Source: Takakia lepidozioides
Lineage: Eukaryota; Plantae; Bryophyta
Direction: 5' to 3'
DNA: 64,000 nt
Assembly (NCBI GenBank): GCA_030704615.1
Contig: CM060731.1
Span: 18,166,001 to 18,230,000 of the forward strand
The first letter of the stretch is position 1. The number at the start of each line of letters is the position of its first letter. Below the pieces are notes generated by a model, which saw nothing but the letters and a program-made list of their open reading frames with translations, made no database searches and was not told the DNA's origin. The position numbers and the translations under genes are program-made. Shown in pieces: positions 36,577 through 49,819 of this stretch.

Positions 36577-39500
36577 ATGGCAATGTGTTGGAACCCAGTA
36601 TTACCGCTTCAGCGCAGCTCTGGGTGTTCTGGTTGGTTCCCTCTGTCGACTATGAAGAGATGGTTTGTTGGGTGGTTTCATATCAGGGGTTGGCTTGCAA
36701 TTTTTAGATGTTGTCTACAGAAGTGTCAGCTGGATTTACATTGGTTAAAATATGCGATTGTGCATCTCACCTGCATTGATCAGGAGGGCTCATGCGAGAT
36801 TACTGGCTGCTGAAGCTCACTGTGTAGAGAGGGAAAATTAACCGGGGGTACTGGGGAGTTTCTCCGTCAAAATGTTAAATTGGTAATGTCATTTGTGGAG
36901 ATCTGTAGGGACAAAGCAACCTGCCTGTTGCAGCTCAGCGTTGGCAGGGCTTGTGAAGTCTAGCTCATTTCTGGCAAAGGACGGAGGATATTCGCATCTA
37001 TCAGCTTCTTCCCAGATGTCTGAATGTCCTAAAGATGAATTGAGAACTCCCTACGCCCCCAAGGTGAGATTTTACGTGTAGGTTCTTTGTATAGTACATA
37101 GAGGTGCTTGTGTTGGTGAGATTATGCTGTCTGCTTTTCTCTCCCTGGTTTTCCTTAACGTACCCTTCTGTTCCCACCTTTTGTCCCAATATGTTGTCTA
37201 TGTTGTCTAGTCACCATCTTTCCTTGCTCTATGGTTTTGCATTTCAACACTTCCCCTACCTTCTCTGTCTAAACTGCTTCGTCCTCCCTTAGCTGTATTT
37301 CACCAACATCCTTTGCTTTTTGGCGGCACTCATCCTCAGTTGCTCATCTTCACTTTATTGTCTCCTTGTCAACAGTTCTGTAACTGGGTAGTTGTGGGTC
37401 ATAGGATGTGAAGATGCGAGTTGTAAGAGCTGCAGTTGTGGCAGACAGTATGGCCCCAGGCAGCTACATTCCAGCCTCCCCTATTCTTTTGCCTGAAGGG
37501 CCATGGAAGCAGGTACGTTCCTTACCTTGTGTCAGCTTCGAGGGTTCACCTTTTGTGTATATGATGCATTGTGGAAAGAGAGAAAGCAAGGAGGAGATAT
37601 CCACGGGGTCTAGAGGGCCCATGGTACAACTAAACTACAAGAGAAAACAAGATTGAAGAAATGAAATGATTATGTCAATCCCAGCTGGAGTGCCTCATGC
37701 GGGTAAGTTGCCATTAACTTCCAATTTTGGAAGGCAAAGGCCTCTGCCAAAAGAGGTATCTGTCAAGAGAGAGTCATATGTGATTACTCATTAGACTTTG
37801 CTCGCTGGGACCATAGACCTCACATCTGAATTGAGCAGAGAGATGAAGTGTAAGGTGACAGTGGTTCTTGAAGTTTCCAGATTCCTGGGGGTGTTACAGC
37901 TGCAACCGGTTTCCAAGCAGCAGGCATGTATGGAGGCCTCCGGGCGGCTGGTCGCAAGCCTGATCTGGCCCTTGTCATTTGTGACACCGATGCTGTCTCT
38001 GCTGGTCCTGTCCTTCTTCTCACCTTTTGGAGGACCAACTTTGACTTTGGCTAGTGATGTTTGTAGGTGCTTCACTTTACTTCGTGTTTCCACTTATGGT
38101 GTCCCACAGACAGGAGACATTTCTTTCCTCTCTCTTTCTCCCTCTCTCATAGACAGCTGAGCTGCAGGGATAAGCTAAACCCTGGTGGGTGCAAGTCCCA
38201 CAAAAGGCTCCAGGAGGGTTCGTTCCGCTGGGTCAATGGCCATATGGCTATGGCAAGCCAACGTATGCAGAGAACGGCATGAGTAGATTCTCTCTCATAT
38301 ACACCCTCTGCCCAAACTGGGTATGGTGTCTATGGCCACAAGGCCATGGCAAACAGCGTCTCATGAGTACACATTCTCTCATGTACAGATAATGTGCTCT
38401 GATCAAATTATGGCGAGCCAGAAAAGATTCACTTCATGGTGGTGACTTTGACCTGAATTCATGGCATTGCATGGAGGTGACTTCCAATTTTCTGTCTCCG
38501 CAGGGACATTCACCAGAAACGTGATGGCTGCTGCACCTGTGGTGTACTGCAAGCAGATTTTGTCAGAATCATGCACGGTTTGTCTTTATAACAACATCCA
38601 CCCAACCATCCTTTCTTTTTTCAATTTGAAACTGCTTTGGGTATGTGTTGCGAGCAGAGTAGCTCAGAAAGGTGGGGACACAGTGTTAGAGGGTGTGGAT
38701 ATAACCACATACGATGTGATAACATGGCATGCACATGTAATGCTTGGTTCACTTGGTCAGCTTGTCAATTTGCTTTCAGTATTCATCATTTTTTCAGCTG
38801 GTAGGTGACATCTTACATTGATCCCGGCATGTCTGAGAGAAGACCCCTCTGTCAGTCTCTTGGCCTGGATCGCTATAACTAAAAATTGTGACCTTTACAA
38901 TGATGGAGAGTTATTGGAGGAAATTATTTTCTTTATCAGAAATATTGACATGAAAGTTCCAAGTGCTAATGATCTGTTTGTTTTGCCATTGGCACGCGGA
39001 GTAACATTTTCAGGCACGTGCAATATTGATAAATGCTGGTCAAGCAAATGCAGCAACGGTATGCTTGTTGTCACTCCTGGAGGCAGTGTAACCTGAACTC
39101 GTCATAGCTGGCTTTTCTGGTTTTCTTGGTGTTGTAGAAAAATGATGACAGCGGCATTGTGCTGGACCATGACATAACTAGGAGTGTCAAATGACCTGTT
39201 CAGTCTAAGTGATGTGCATTCAAAAGTTTCAGGAATTCAAAGTGAGATTGAAAAGTCTTCATTTTGTTGATCATGCAATCCAAAACTGGCATTAGTACTT
39301 ATGGTGGAGCCCTGCAGGGGGACGCAGGTTACCGGGATACCTTGGAGAGTGCTGAGGCTGTAGCAAAGGTATGGCTCTCTGACTATGCTGGTACTGGAAG
39401 TTGTTCATTTAACATCTAAGATTCTGCCAGTCGTGTGGTGATTTGTCCATTTAGTGCATTGTTTGACATGCTTTCTTCAAGAATTTGGTTGTGCCTAACC

Positions 39501-42500
39501 AGGGCATGCACAAAGAGCAGGTGACTTGGAGAATATTGAGGCGGGTAGTGTGCTCTGTTCAGATGAATGTTGTGTCGCATACTAACGCTATATGTTGTCA
39601 CTGTGGCTGAAGCATCTTGGAGTGCCACCAGGGGCTGTGCTGATTGAATCCACTGGTGTCATAGGCCACCGCATAAAGAAGGTGGGATTGTACTGCTTTG
39701 GACTCTCTCTCTCTCTCTCTCACGAGTGTCCAATGCTGTCAAACTGCTGTCCTCAATGCAGCTTGCAGTGACTTGGGACTCATATGGCATAGTCTGCTTT
39801 GGTGAGTGCAGGGGCCCTTGCTCGAGTCTCTTCCCAAACTGGTCGCCTCGTTATCTTCCAATGTTGAATCGTACGTTCCCAGTTCTTTCATCCCTCTTTG
39901 TGGAGTTGTTTGAGTTATTGTAGCTCACGTGGCCAAAGCATCTTTCTTGACTTGTCAATCAGAAATCTCAGGGGTGCTATCTGGATGCAGAGCTGATGCG
40001 GCTGCGGTTGCTATCACTACAACTGATCTTGTCAGCAAAAGTGTAGCCATTGAAACAGAGGTAGAGGTTGACCTCACCCCAACTAAGAGGGGCACATTTT
40101 CCCGTTTCCACGAAGTTCTTCTATGTCCCAGGCCTAGCATTGGAGTCTACACATTGCAGGATATTCTCAGTACCCAGAAAAATTCAGAGCTCAGATTGCA
40201 GATCGATTTGAAAACTTGTTCACATTAGCTGTGTTCCCATTCTAGAATGTGTATTTATGTCCTTGATGTGACTTGTTTAAAGCTTTGTTAATTTGTGATG
40301 GCAGTAGGCAGCCATGCAGTAGGCAGATGCTTTCAAACCTGGTTGTGACAAAGTTCAGTCATTGGAGTTTAGTCTGAAGCTAGAGGTTTGCCAACCACAG
40401 AGAGCACACAGTAAGGAACTACCCTGAAGGTTACATGGGAGAACAGGCACATTAATATGTCGAAGCAGACACCCCGTAGTCACTAATAATCTGTTTGAAT
40501 CTGTGAAGATAGGGGGCACAAAAGTGAAGCTGGGCGGTATGGCTAAAGGATCTGGAATGATTCATCCTAACATGGCCACTATGCTTGGGGTTGGTACCTT
40601 CACTATGAATCCACTACTGTTCCATAATCCACTTCCCTCTGTTTGGCTCTCAATTGTTTCCTGATCGACAAGGCTGCAAAGCATTAGGTATGGAAGCAAA
40701 TGAGCCATCAAGCTTAAGGTTGATCTTGGTTGCGGCAAGAAGGCTACTCCACATAGCCGAGCTGCCTGTGGGTGGGAGCACAGCTGTCAGCTAGGTCTTA
40801 GGATCCGCCAGTGGAAGAAGGCTCAGTTCCATTGTAAGTGGTTGGTGAAAGCGCCCACCTCTGGAAGTAGTGTTTAGCATGTAATGTAGGTTAGAATGGC
40901 TATGGTTGCCCATCAAATCTCTTCTTCTATACCTTTCACAGTGAATGCCACACTTGATGTCAAAAGCTTTTCCACATCAAGAACAGGCATCACAATTGGT
41001 AGCCTCCTGTCCAAGTAGGGGTAGTATGTTGTAAGACCAGCAAATGGGGTTTGTGTAAGCACCTGAACCATGTGCCTGGTTTGCAGGTGGTGACTTGTGA
41101 TGCAAAAGTGGCTGTTAATGTCTGGCGTTCGATGGTGCTAACAGCTGTCAACCGCAGCTTCAACCAAATCACTGTATGTCAAACTTCCGTACTTCACATC
41201 CGGGCACATTTTGGTGAAGAGAAAAATGAAATGGTACTTTAACATCCGCAGAAAGATCAAAGAGCTAATGGGACACGCAATAAATAGGGGGAGGGGATGG
41301 GGAGCACAGGGATGAAGAGACATACCATTGCAGCATTCTCATTAGTCTATGCCAAAGATTGAAGCCTTACTTGATCCATGCATGTGTGACTACATTCTGA
41401 GACAGTGTGGGGTTAGGTGGATGGTGACAGCAGTACCAATGATACATTACTGGCCCTGGCAAGTGGGGCAGCAGGTGGGCCCCTCATAAACAGCCTGGAT
41501 ACTACGGATGCCCAACAGCTTCAGGCGGCGCTTGATGCGGTCAGACTACCTGAACTTTGGCTTTCTTATTCAGGTTTCCCAGATTTTGGGATATATCAAG
41601 GCCTATTTTATTCCGACTGACTAAAATGGGGTGGCAATGGTATGGGCACAGGTGCTGCAGGGGCTAGCTAAGTCAATCGCATCTGATGGGGAGGGTGCCA
41701 CGTGCTTGATTGAGGCAAGTTTTTACTTGCCTGACACATTGAAAGCAGTGTTCCAAGGAAATTTTCTTGACAGACACATGTCATAGATGGGCACATACAT
41801 GTGGGAACATGATCGTACATTCTTCTAAATGCCTGGATATGGAAACAGCCAGGAGCGCACTGATGTTTATGGAGTGAAATACAGGTCACTGTAACAGGAG
41901 CCGACAATGAAGCAACAGCTGCAACAGTTGCCCGTTCTGTCGCAGCATCCTCCCTTACTAAGGTTGTTTTCATGCATCTCTTTGGATGGTACTGATATGG
42001 AAAAATCCAGTTTACAGCTCAATCCAGACAAAAGGTTCATCCAAGGGCAGGGTGACTGGACCTTTGTACTTGAGCAAAAGTTTGTATTTCATAAGTGGAT
42101 CACGTGATTTAACTTGGAAGTTTTATTACAGCTTTGGTTGAGGCATTACGGTTTTATTATTCTGAGATGTTTGCTCCAAGAGCAATTCATTTGAGTTTGT
42201 GCATGTTGAAGTGATGCATGACAGGCAATTATGTCCATAGACATCTGTTGGTAACAGTCTACAAAGGCACAAGACAATACTACCAGGAGAATATTAAGAG
42301 GATATTCAGTGTGTAGGTAATGTGGTGGATGTGCAGGCTGCTGTCTATGGACGAGATCCCAACTGGGGTCGCATCGCTTGTGCAGCAGGCTATGCCGGGG
42401 TTACGTTTGACCCCCTTCAACTTCGTATTCAGCTTGGGGAGTTCTTGTTGATGGAGGGGGGTCAGCCTTTGTCTTTTGACAGGTCAGTCTTTCGCTCATA

Positions 42501-42860
42501 AGAGAATGTGTTTACTTACTTTTTATGTTCTAGAAGGCCATTAACTGCAGTCACTATGGTTCGATGCAGGGATGCTGCAAGTGCATATTTGAGAGCAGCT
42601 GGGCAGGTGCATGGTACTGTCAAAATTGATATATGTATTGGTAATGTTTCCCCTCCACAACCTTCATTTCAAGGTTTGAAGTTGAGCTTGTGTTGTTGTG
42701 GGATTTGATTCTCTGTGAGCTCTGACTATCCATCTATATGCACTGTGATCTGATGTTGTAAGTGGTTCTTGCTGTAGGGGGTGGACCTGGGCACAGTCAA
42801 GCATGGGGCTGTGACCTGAGCTATGATTATGTCAAAATCAATGCAGAATACACTACCTGA
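36577..42860 (+). CDS. argJ: Plastid ornithine acetyltransferase / arginine biosynthesis bifunctional protein, multi-exon
   Basis: [65 protein letters not shown] (autocleavage Thr), [39 protein letters not shown]. Transit-peptide-like first exons. Confidence 0.96.
38152..38374 (+). mobile_element. Two tandem, extremely 5'-truncated LINE 3' ends in an argJ intron, same family as 24355-25224
   Basis: 38304-38374 encodes [20 protein letters not shown] versus [20 protein letters not shown] in the LON2 copy. 38152-38289 ends WVNGHMAMA...*. TSDs: ctctctcata (38142/38290) and tctctcatRtaca (38291/38375). Confidence 0.8.
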
Positions 42861-43669
42861 GGTATAACTTTCTTAACTCAAGTATCCTTTGTGGTCAGGA
42901 ACCTGCAAGCCAGCAGTTAGTCACTAGGGGATCTAACATGCTAACCCACACAGTGATGGAGATCTCCCCCTCCACCAGCACTAACAGAGATAGAGCAGAC
43001 AGAACGAGTGAAGGTAATCATGAAGCATACTTTGAGAAACAACATATATCCTGTTAGTGACATTCAACATTTAACTGAATAAAGGCGGTGGGCCCTGGGT
43101 TATCTTGTTTTTCCTTACATATTTTTTCTGAGAGGGTGTGCTGCATAAGTGAGTAAAGGGATCCACAATACTCAGGCAATATTGTCACAAGATAGCTTCT
43201 GTAAGATATATCCAGATTTGAGGAAGTAACCAGCCTTGCTCTATTTGGACTCACTCAAACACTGAGTTTTGAAACTCCATCACGATAATTTCTACAATCA
43301 GTATGCTCATCACTAAGTTACACTGAGAATTGGAGAATCTTGAATGTTCAAGGTAAAGTTTAGTCAGAAATCAATGGCATCCCATGTAACAGGCTGAGGC
43401 ATGCAGACATATCATCACTTCCTGATGCACAACATAGCGGTAGTCTGATGGTTTGAAAGTTAGTTCGCATCCTTCAAGATGATTGCCTTGTCAGGAAGGT
43501 GCAGTGCCGGAAAGTTGACAGCCACGTAGTGAATGAATTTTTCAAGTCATTGGGGGAGGGTTGGGTATTGTCCCAGTTACAGCCATTAAAAGTTGTAGTA
43601 ATAGCCATTTGGGGTGAAGTGACACCATAAGTTCTACTTGCTTTGACAAAGTTTCATGACCTCTGTAGG

Positions 43670-44225
43670 ACCTCTGTAGGTCCCATCTGTTGGAGATATT
43701 GATATGAGAAATCGTTGCCCCCGGCGTGTATAATGTATAATCAATTTTCGTAATTTTCTGAAGTGGGTATTGCTTCTCTTGCAGTTTTGATTTTGCATTG
43801 GTTTTAAAATCCAAAAATTGTTCAACTTGAAGCTCGAGATGATGTGGAACCAAGTAATCATCATTTCGTGCAATAGCTCCAGCGTAAGCAAAATTGATCC
43901 CGTGTCGAAAATTGGAGTTGGTACGGTTCGTTACATATGCTTGAATTGGGGCGAGGAAGGGCAGTCCAAAGGCATGAGCAACAAAATTGATCACAATACG
44001 CCCATTCGAAAAGCGGCCTGTTGGATGTCCAAAAAATGTTTCTCCATAAGGTCTGTTCAAGTGTACTTGTTGGTTTGATGGAAATGCTAGTTGAGCATTT
44101 CCTATATTGGAAAGGGAGTCTCCAAACATGAACACGGCACCCGATGGACAAACTGACTTGACCGGATTGAAAGCCGAAGCTAAGATCACCCAAAACAACG
44201 ACAAACCTTGTATCATAGGAGGCAT
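43670..44225 (-). pseudogene. GDSL esterase/lipase, N-terminal half (inverted)
   Basis: Signal peptide, FGDSLSNIGN (block I), PYGETFFGHPTGRFSNGR, GINFAYAGA, frameshifted GGNDF (block III). Ends MGPTEV. Confidence 0.88.
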
Positions 44226-44900
44226 AGTGATTGCCTTTGCCACCAATCTAAGACTACGCACCCCAAACTTGATGAGAGCAACTAGATACTAAAACTATTG
44301 AGCAGTAAAACTACCCTCCAAGTGAGCAAGATCAAAGAGAGAGCTACCAAAACTAAGGAAGAACTGCAAAGATTGTGCGGAAGTGAGCAAGATCCAGAAG
44401 AGAGAGAGAGCTACCACAACTATATTTGAGCGACAAAGACCACGAGCTAAGAAGAGAGCAAGTCAAGGATGAAGTGTAAAATAGAATAGAATACCGGACC
44501 CTTATATACATTTTGTCAGCGCTTCAATTTGCTTCTGTTTTGTACATCACTTTAGTTTTTCTGAAAAGTACGACACAACTTAGTTGAAAAAGTTATCATT
44601 TCAACGTGGAAAAAGATCCCATCAATAGAATGCAAATTTTTCATAAAAGAAACAAAAAGAAAAAAGAAAAGTTTCACCCTAGTGATCTTTAGAGCACTGC
44701 TCAGCAGCATCGAGGCAAGTAATGGGTTGTATGAAAATTGGGCAGACAGTATGCCACATCCAAGTGTCTGTGAGTCTCTGTAATAAAAGTCTGGACGGAT
44801 GTTGGTTGCAAGAAGGAAAGATGGAAGCATGCTAGGTGGGTTGGGTGGAGGGAGGTGTTGATCAAGGTGGGTTCAGGGGTAGGCATCTGAACTGGATGCT

Positions 44901-45518
44901 GGTGAGAGGGCATATTGTGCCTCAATCTGTGGTTGCAGTTTCAGCTGCTACAGAGAATTTATATAACGCAGGGGCAAGACATTTTTTTATGTACAACAAT
45001 CCTGCCGAAGGTTGCTCCACTATTTTCCTCTCAAATTGGGGCACTCCTGAGGTCTCGAGAGATGAGCATGAGTATTTGATTCCCTTTAATGAGGTTGTTT
45101 TAGCCTATAACGAAGGCTTGAAAAGGATGATTCAAGGTCTCCAGCAACGGCTTCCAGGAATTTCTATTCATTTCGGTCGATATTATGACATCAATGTGGA
45201 CATTGTGAAGAATCCTAAAAAATTTGGATTTCCGAAAGAAAATATATTCCAAACGCTTGTGGGTATGGATATTCGTACAATTTCAATTTGGATGCTATGT
45301 GCGGAAACAATAATGCAACATTGGGAGGGAAAGTTGTAGGTTAGACGTATACAAATCTAGGGATCCCAACAACTACATCAATGTGGGATGGAGTACACTT
45401 TACAGAGGCCTTTTACAAGATTATAGCAAAGTCGTTTCTGACAGGAGAATATTTAGAGCCACCCACCAATTTCATGAGAATGCAAGTTGGACGGGCAATA
45501 TTTTGCCAAAGGATCCTG
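44901..45518 (+). pseudogene. GDSL esterase/lipase, C-terminal half
   Basis: VRGHIVPQ...LYNAGARHF...IVKNPKKFGF...CGYG...WDGVHFTEA (block V DxxH). Two or more frameshifts and a TAG. Confidence 0.88.
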
Positions 45519-46027
45519 ATCTGTCACTGGACGTTAAACAAACTTTACTCTATGTAGCGCTCATGAATTGAGGATGGATCAATTTTTGTCCTAGGCTGTA
45601 GATTCCCAATAGTGTACAAAAATTGAATTCACAGTACAATTTTTTTTGTTTTCTTTTTTGGCAAGAGAGGAGGTAGCCCCCGGAAACTTTGTGAGATGGA
45701 AAAACACTGTGTCTCCCTCATCAGCCTTCATGGCTTTCGCAAGTTAATCTTTCCTTGCTTTAATAAAGTTTTTGAGGACTAATTTGGTTTTTACCAAATG
45801 ATCATTTCTTGCTCCTATTTGGCATGCCGTATATTGCAAGATGTTTTTCTTTCTTCTTGACTGGCAGGATAACCACACCTGCGCAAAAATGTGACTGACC
45901 ACACTTTGGGTGGTGTATTTTCCGATCTTGTAGAGTTGTAAATACTTCTCCACCTGCCTCAGACATCAATAAACTTGTCACCTCCCAACAATAGAGGGAG
46001 CTGTTTCATGTCACTTAGGATTAGGGG

Positions 46028-48169
46028 TTAAGCCCGTTGCTGCTGGGTCATGAAGAAGGCCATGAGTGAAACATACTGCAAGGCTGTGTGCTGCCAAGTG
46101 TACTGATCGGAGAGGGAGAAGTCAGCATAATTAGGTTCCAAATGTACAAACTGGCCCGCTGAGACACCCTCATGCCACAGCTCCATGAACTCCTGCATCA
46201 ATACCCGTGATTGCTCCACGGATGACAAAGGTCCATACTCCAGCTGCAATTCATTGAAGCTCTTCAGAGAGATAATTAACGAAGAGTAAGCCTCACATCC
46301 CAATCCACTTGCCTTCCCTTAAATGGAGCTTCTCCATTCTTCAGGGACTAAAATTGAAGGAACAAAGGTAAATACAGGTCACCACAGGGTGCTATGGCAG
46401 TGGTATGTTGAAGTCTTGAATCACTGGGGTACTTTTTGCTGTCAATGTACTGTTTCTATAGATTTGGCTAGACTAGCGAGCACCCAACATCAACCCACAC
46501 CTTGGAAGAAGAAAAGAAAGGAATACCTCCATGATGATGCCCCGCAAATTTTCGCTGTGAGCAAGTACTGTCCGGCCTGCTTTTATTTTGAAATCTCCCA
46601 TTTCATATTGGAATCCCTGTGATAAAGATTCTAAGAACGAATCCTCTTCCGGCATACCAAGCCCATGTGTTCTTTCCAATCATAAATAGTGAAGTTTGAA
46701 ACTTGATATCAACATCAGGAAGATGCCTCATTCACAGCTGAGTAGACCCCACACTGAATTCCAAAGGTCTCTACAGACTTCAACCCAGAAATACATATTC
46801 AGCAATTTGTTGGAAGCTTAGTAATCTAAACATCAGGAAATTATAGTGCAATGCAGGAGACAAAAGCCCACCTCAAAGACAATGGTGAGGCGATTGCGAT
46901 ACACCTGCAGTTTCTCCATAATAGCCTGCATGGTGGCATCCGCCTCCACCACCATGTGTTCTTGTCGTAACACAAAGAAGTGCTTGTCCTGTACCTCACT
47001 AAAGGTCACCCCTAGCAGCTCCCGGGCACAATCCACTGGCAGGGCTTGCTCTAAAGCAAATCAGCACCCACACATGCATCGATATCAAAGGTTGCAATCT
47101 GCTGTGTAGACAACATAATACAGACAAGCAAAAATCTCCAACTGTAACCCCTATTTCCCCCTCACAACTCTTTATCCCCTGCCTCCGCAGATGTGCTGAA
47201 TTTTTTTTCCCCTTTCTTCTATCTGTCTCTTGCTTGTGTGGACCACAAACAACCTACTTGGTGGCAGTCTGCACTTAGCACTACTTGTGTTATCTAATAT
47301 TCAGCAAAGGGCCAAATGTTCTAGACTATACAGGAAACTGTGCTCAAAACAGTTCAAACCAAAATTCAAAGAGGAGGGGATCGAAAGAGTCAAATTCTTG
47401 TTCCTTGCAGTTGGGGAAAAGCTACCGAGAGACAACGTAGTCCCAAAGTGGAATTCACTTAAGTTTTTGGAAATAAACCCTTCAATTACAATTTCCGGAA
47501 ACATGAAACCCAAGTCCACCAAAGTCATGCAGAATCCCCCAAAAGATATAGAGAGACAAATAGAGAGAACCTCGCTGAATGGGGCGGTGGTGGGAAGCAG
47601 TGATCAGCCAGCGCCCATGTTTGACACCATGGAGGCTTTCAGTGCGCTTGAAGACATCAAACAATGTTTGGCTGCTCACTTGTGTTCCCCCACTTGGCTG
47701 CCAGTGAAGGAGCCTGCAGCAAGCCACTTCGATTAAGTCAAGCTCCCCGGCTTGCCCTTATGCTGGCTTTCTCATGCTGCACGCATGTAAGCAGGTAGGA
47801 CATCAAGGATTTCGCAGATGGGATTACTGAGAGGTGTGGATGGATACCAACGATGAACCTCAATCAAATATATAAACTATAATGTCTCTCACTGTGAGCT
47901 CCACAAGAGCTCTGCAGAGAACACAGCAGTAGCTCTCAGGTGAAAATATCAGACTTAATCACAGCTTACACCCAAATGGTATGAAAAATTGTTCAATTCC
48001 TGCTGTTGTGGTCTTTCTTCTTTCCTCTTTCCGAGGTGTCCGCCTTCCTCTCTACGATGCGAACAGAAAACGACCCAGTTTTGTAGTTGCATTACCAATT
48101 CGGTCCCCATCAAAGAACAGGTACACATATGTAATATGAATGGGCAGGAAAGCACCACTTGATAGGCAT
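46028..48169 (-). CDS. MED20: Mediator of RNA polymerase II subunit 20
   Basis: 14-nt first exon ATGCCTATCAAGTG (48169-48156) gives MPIKWLLHWQP. Later [51 protein letters not shown]. Confidence 0.9.
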
Positions 48170-49299
48170 TTCTGTAGCAACCAGTCGCTGAAGAAAAACG
48201 TGCTTCCTGATAAAATGCGATCAGGAGGATGAGTAAGTTTCGATACTGCCAGCGAGAGAAAGAGGATAGAAAAGGATTTCTGATATCTGCTCAGAACCGA
48301 AAGGGCTATGAAAGCCCGAAATCGACAGAAATTCCAACTTTTTAAGACAGCCCACACTCAATGTTTAAGGTGATTACCAAACATCGGGGAGGGAGGGTGT
48401 CGAGTATACCTCACAATACAGCCCAATGCCGGCTGAAAAGAGAGAGTCAAGGACCCAAAGAGATCTTGCAAACAGAAGGAGCTTTAGAACCCCGAATACC
48501 TTGCGGAACACCCAAACCAGCAACTATCAAACTGGGCCAAGGCGAAACGTCCCGGGGTTGCTAGAAGTAAGAGACATACACGAGAGCTACCAGGTACAGG
48601 GTTTAAGAAATGCTTATAGGATATACGGCAAAATGTCGTTCTCTCAGTATATGTAAGAGAGGCGATGTTCTGCGAGTATACCCACGAGCAAGTATACAAG
48701 TCAGACCGATATCGAAAGGAAATAGCGCTAGAATACACAACGATTAGGAGAGAATCCAAGGGATAGCAAGAGCTCCATACGCCTTTCTTTTCCAGTTGTA
48801 GAACATGTCATAATCGTCCTACACAAAACACACCCTCTACTACACAGGCTGCTGTCTGTAACCAAGTGCAATACGGAAAGACAAAAAGTCAGGTACAAAG
48901 CTCCCTCTGAGCTTCTATACTGTCTGAAGGTGTTGTCTTGACATAGTTTACATGCCTGGATAGCAGCATGCTTAAAATAGCAAAAGATTCCAATCAGAAA
49001 CTTGTAGTATGGAGGAATTTGTGTTCGTTTCTTCTTAGCGACATTCAAGTGGAGGACTCAAATGACAGTGCCAGTCGCAGGTATTTGGAATACGGAGCCG
49101 CCTCTGCCTCCTTGGACAGTAGAGTCTCCTAGCCAGACCTAGGTGGGAAGCCAGATTTGTAGTTCCTTTCGTTCCATCTAATTAATTTCCTTGTAGGCGT
49201 CAGTCACAGGAAGAATCAGCAAAGGGCTGCAGCCTTTGAATAATGAAATGACACATCCCAGAGCTCCTTGGTCCAGAAAATGGTTGCAACTCTTGCCAT

Positions 49300-49650
49300 C
49301 AAGGGGTCTCCACCCCCACGATGAGCTACACAATCGCCATGCAAAGCTGGTGCAGAAAGTAGTGAGACACCAAAACCAAACTGCGGCAAACCCGAGTCCT
49401 GATGAGCATCAAAACAGGTGCAGATAACGAAGTCCAGATTCTCCAGATTAATTGCACATAGTCTGTCTCTAAGCAGTATGGTCTCGAGAAACACTGTTGT
49501 TGTAACACGTGCTGGAGAAGTTTAGGGTTTAGGGACAATGATCCGATAGAAGCCACCCAACATTGGTGGCCTAGCAAGTCTTCTTTCAATATATCTTGCA
49601 TCCATAAATATGATACAAACACCCTCCCTTCGGTGTCATCCTGAGGCCCT
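49300..49650 (-). mobile_element. Degenerate LINE ORF2 C-terminus
   Basis: MQDIL... followed by LETILLRDRLCAINLENLDFVICTCF (cf. RExRLCxxCxxxxxEDExHFxxxC). Confidence 0.35.
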
Positions 49651-49819
49651 CCAATCTAATTGCTCAATGTATAGACATGCACTGCGACTGAACCTGATAC
49701 CCTGTTCAACTAAACGGCTCTATCTCGATGAAACTACCCCCAACTTTGAGTAGACCTCCAGTTTGGCCCTTCAACTCTGATGACAAATCCTCCTGGCAGC
49801 CTTGACAAGAGGTAGTAGG

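Noticed and set aside
38170-38205. gggtgcaagtccc resembling group II intron domain I
   Set aside because: No domain V or intron ends. It is explained as part of the TSD-flanked LINE fragment.
43658-45518. GDSL halves as a twin-primed retrocopy
   Set aside because: The inverted segment includes ~600 bp of upstream, promoter-like DNA, and no poly(A) tail or TSD is evident.
46246-46526. MED20 donor GTATTCCTT as a U12 intron
   Set aside because: Off consensus, and there is no CCTTRAC branch site near the acceptor.
47230-47736. 168-aa plus-strand ORF, and similar antisense ORFs such as 54992-55516 and 24716-25144
   Set aside because: These are shadows of real coding sequence on the opposite strand.
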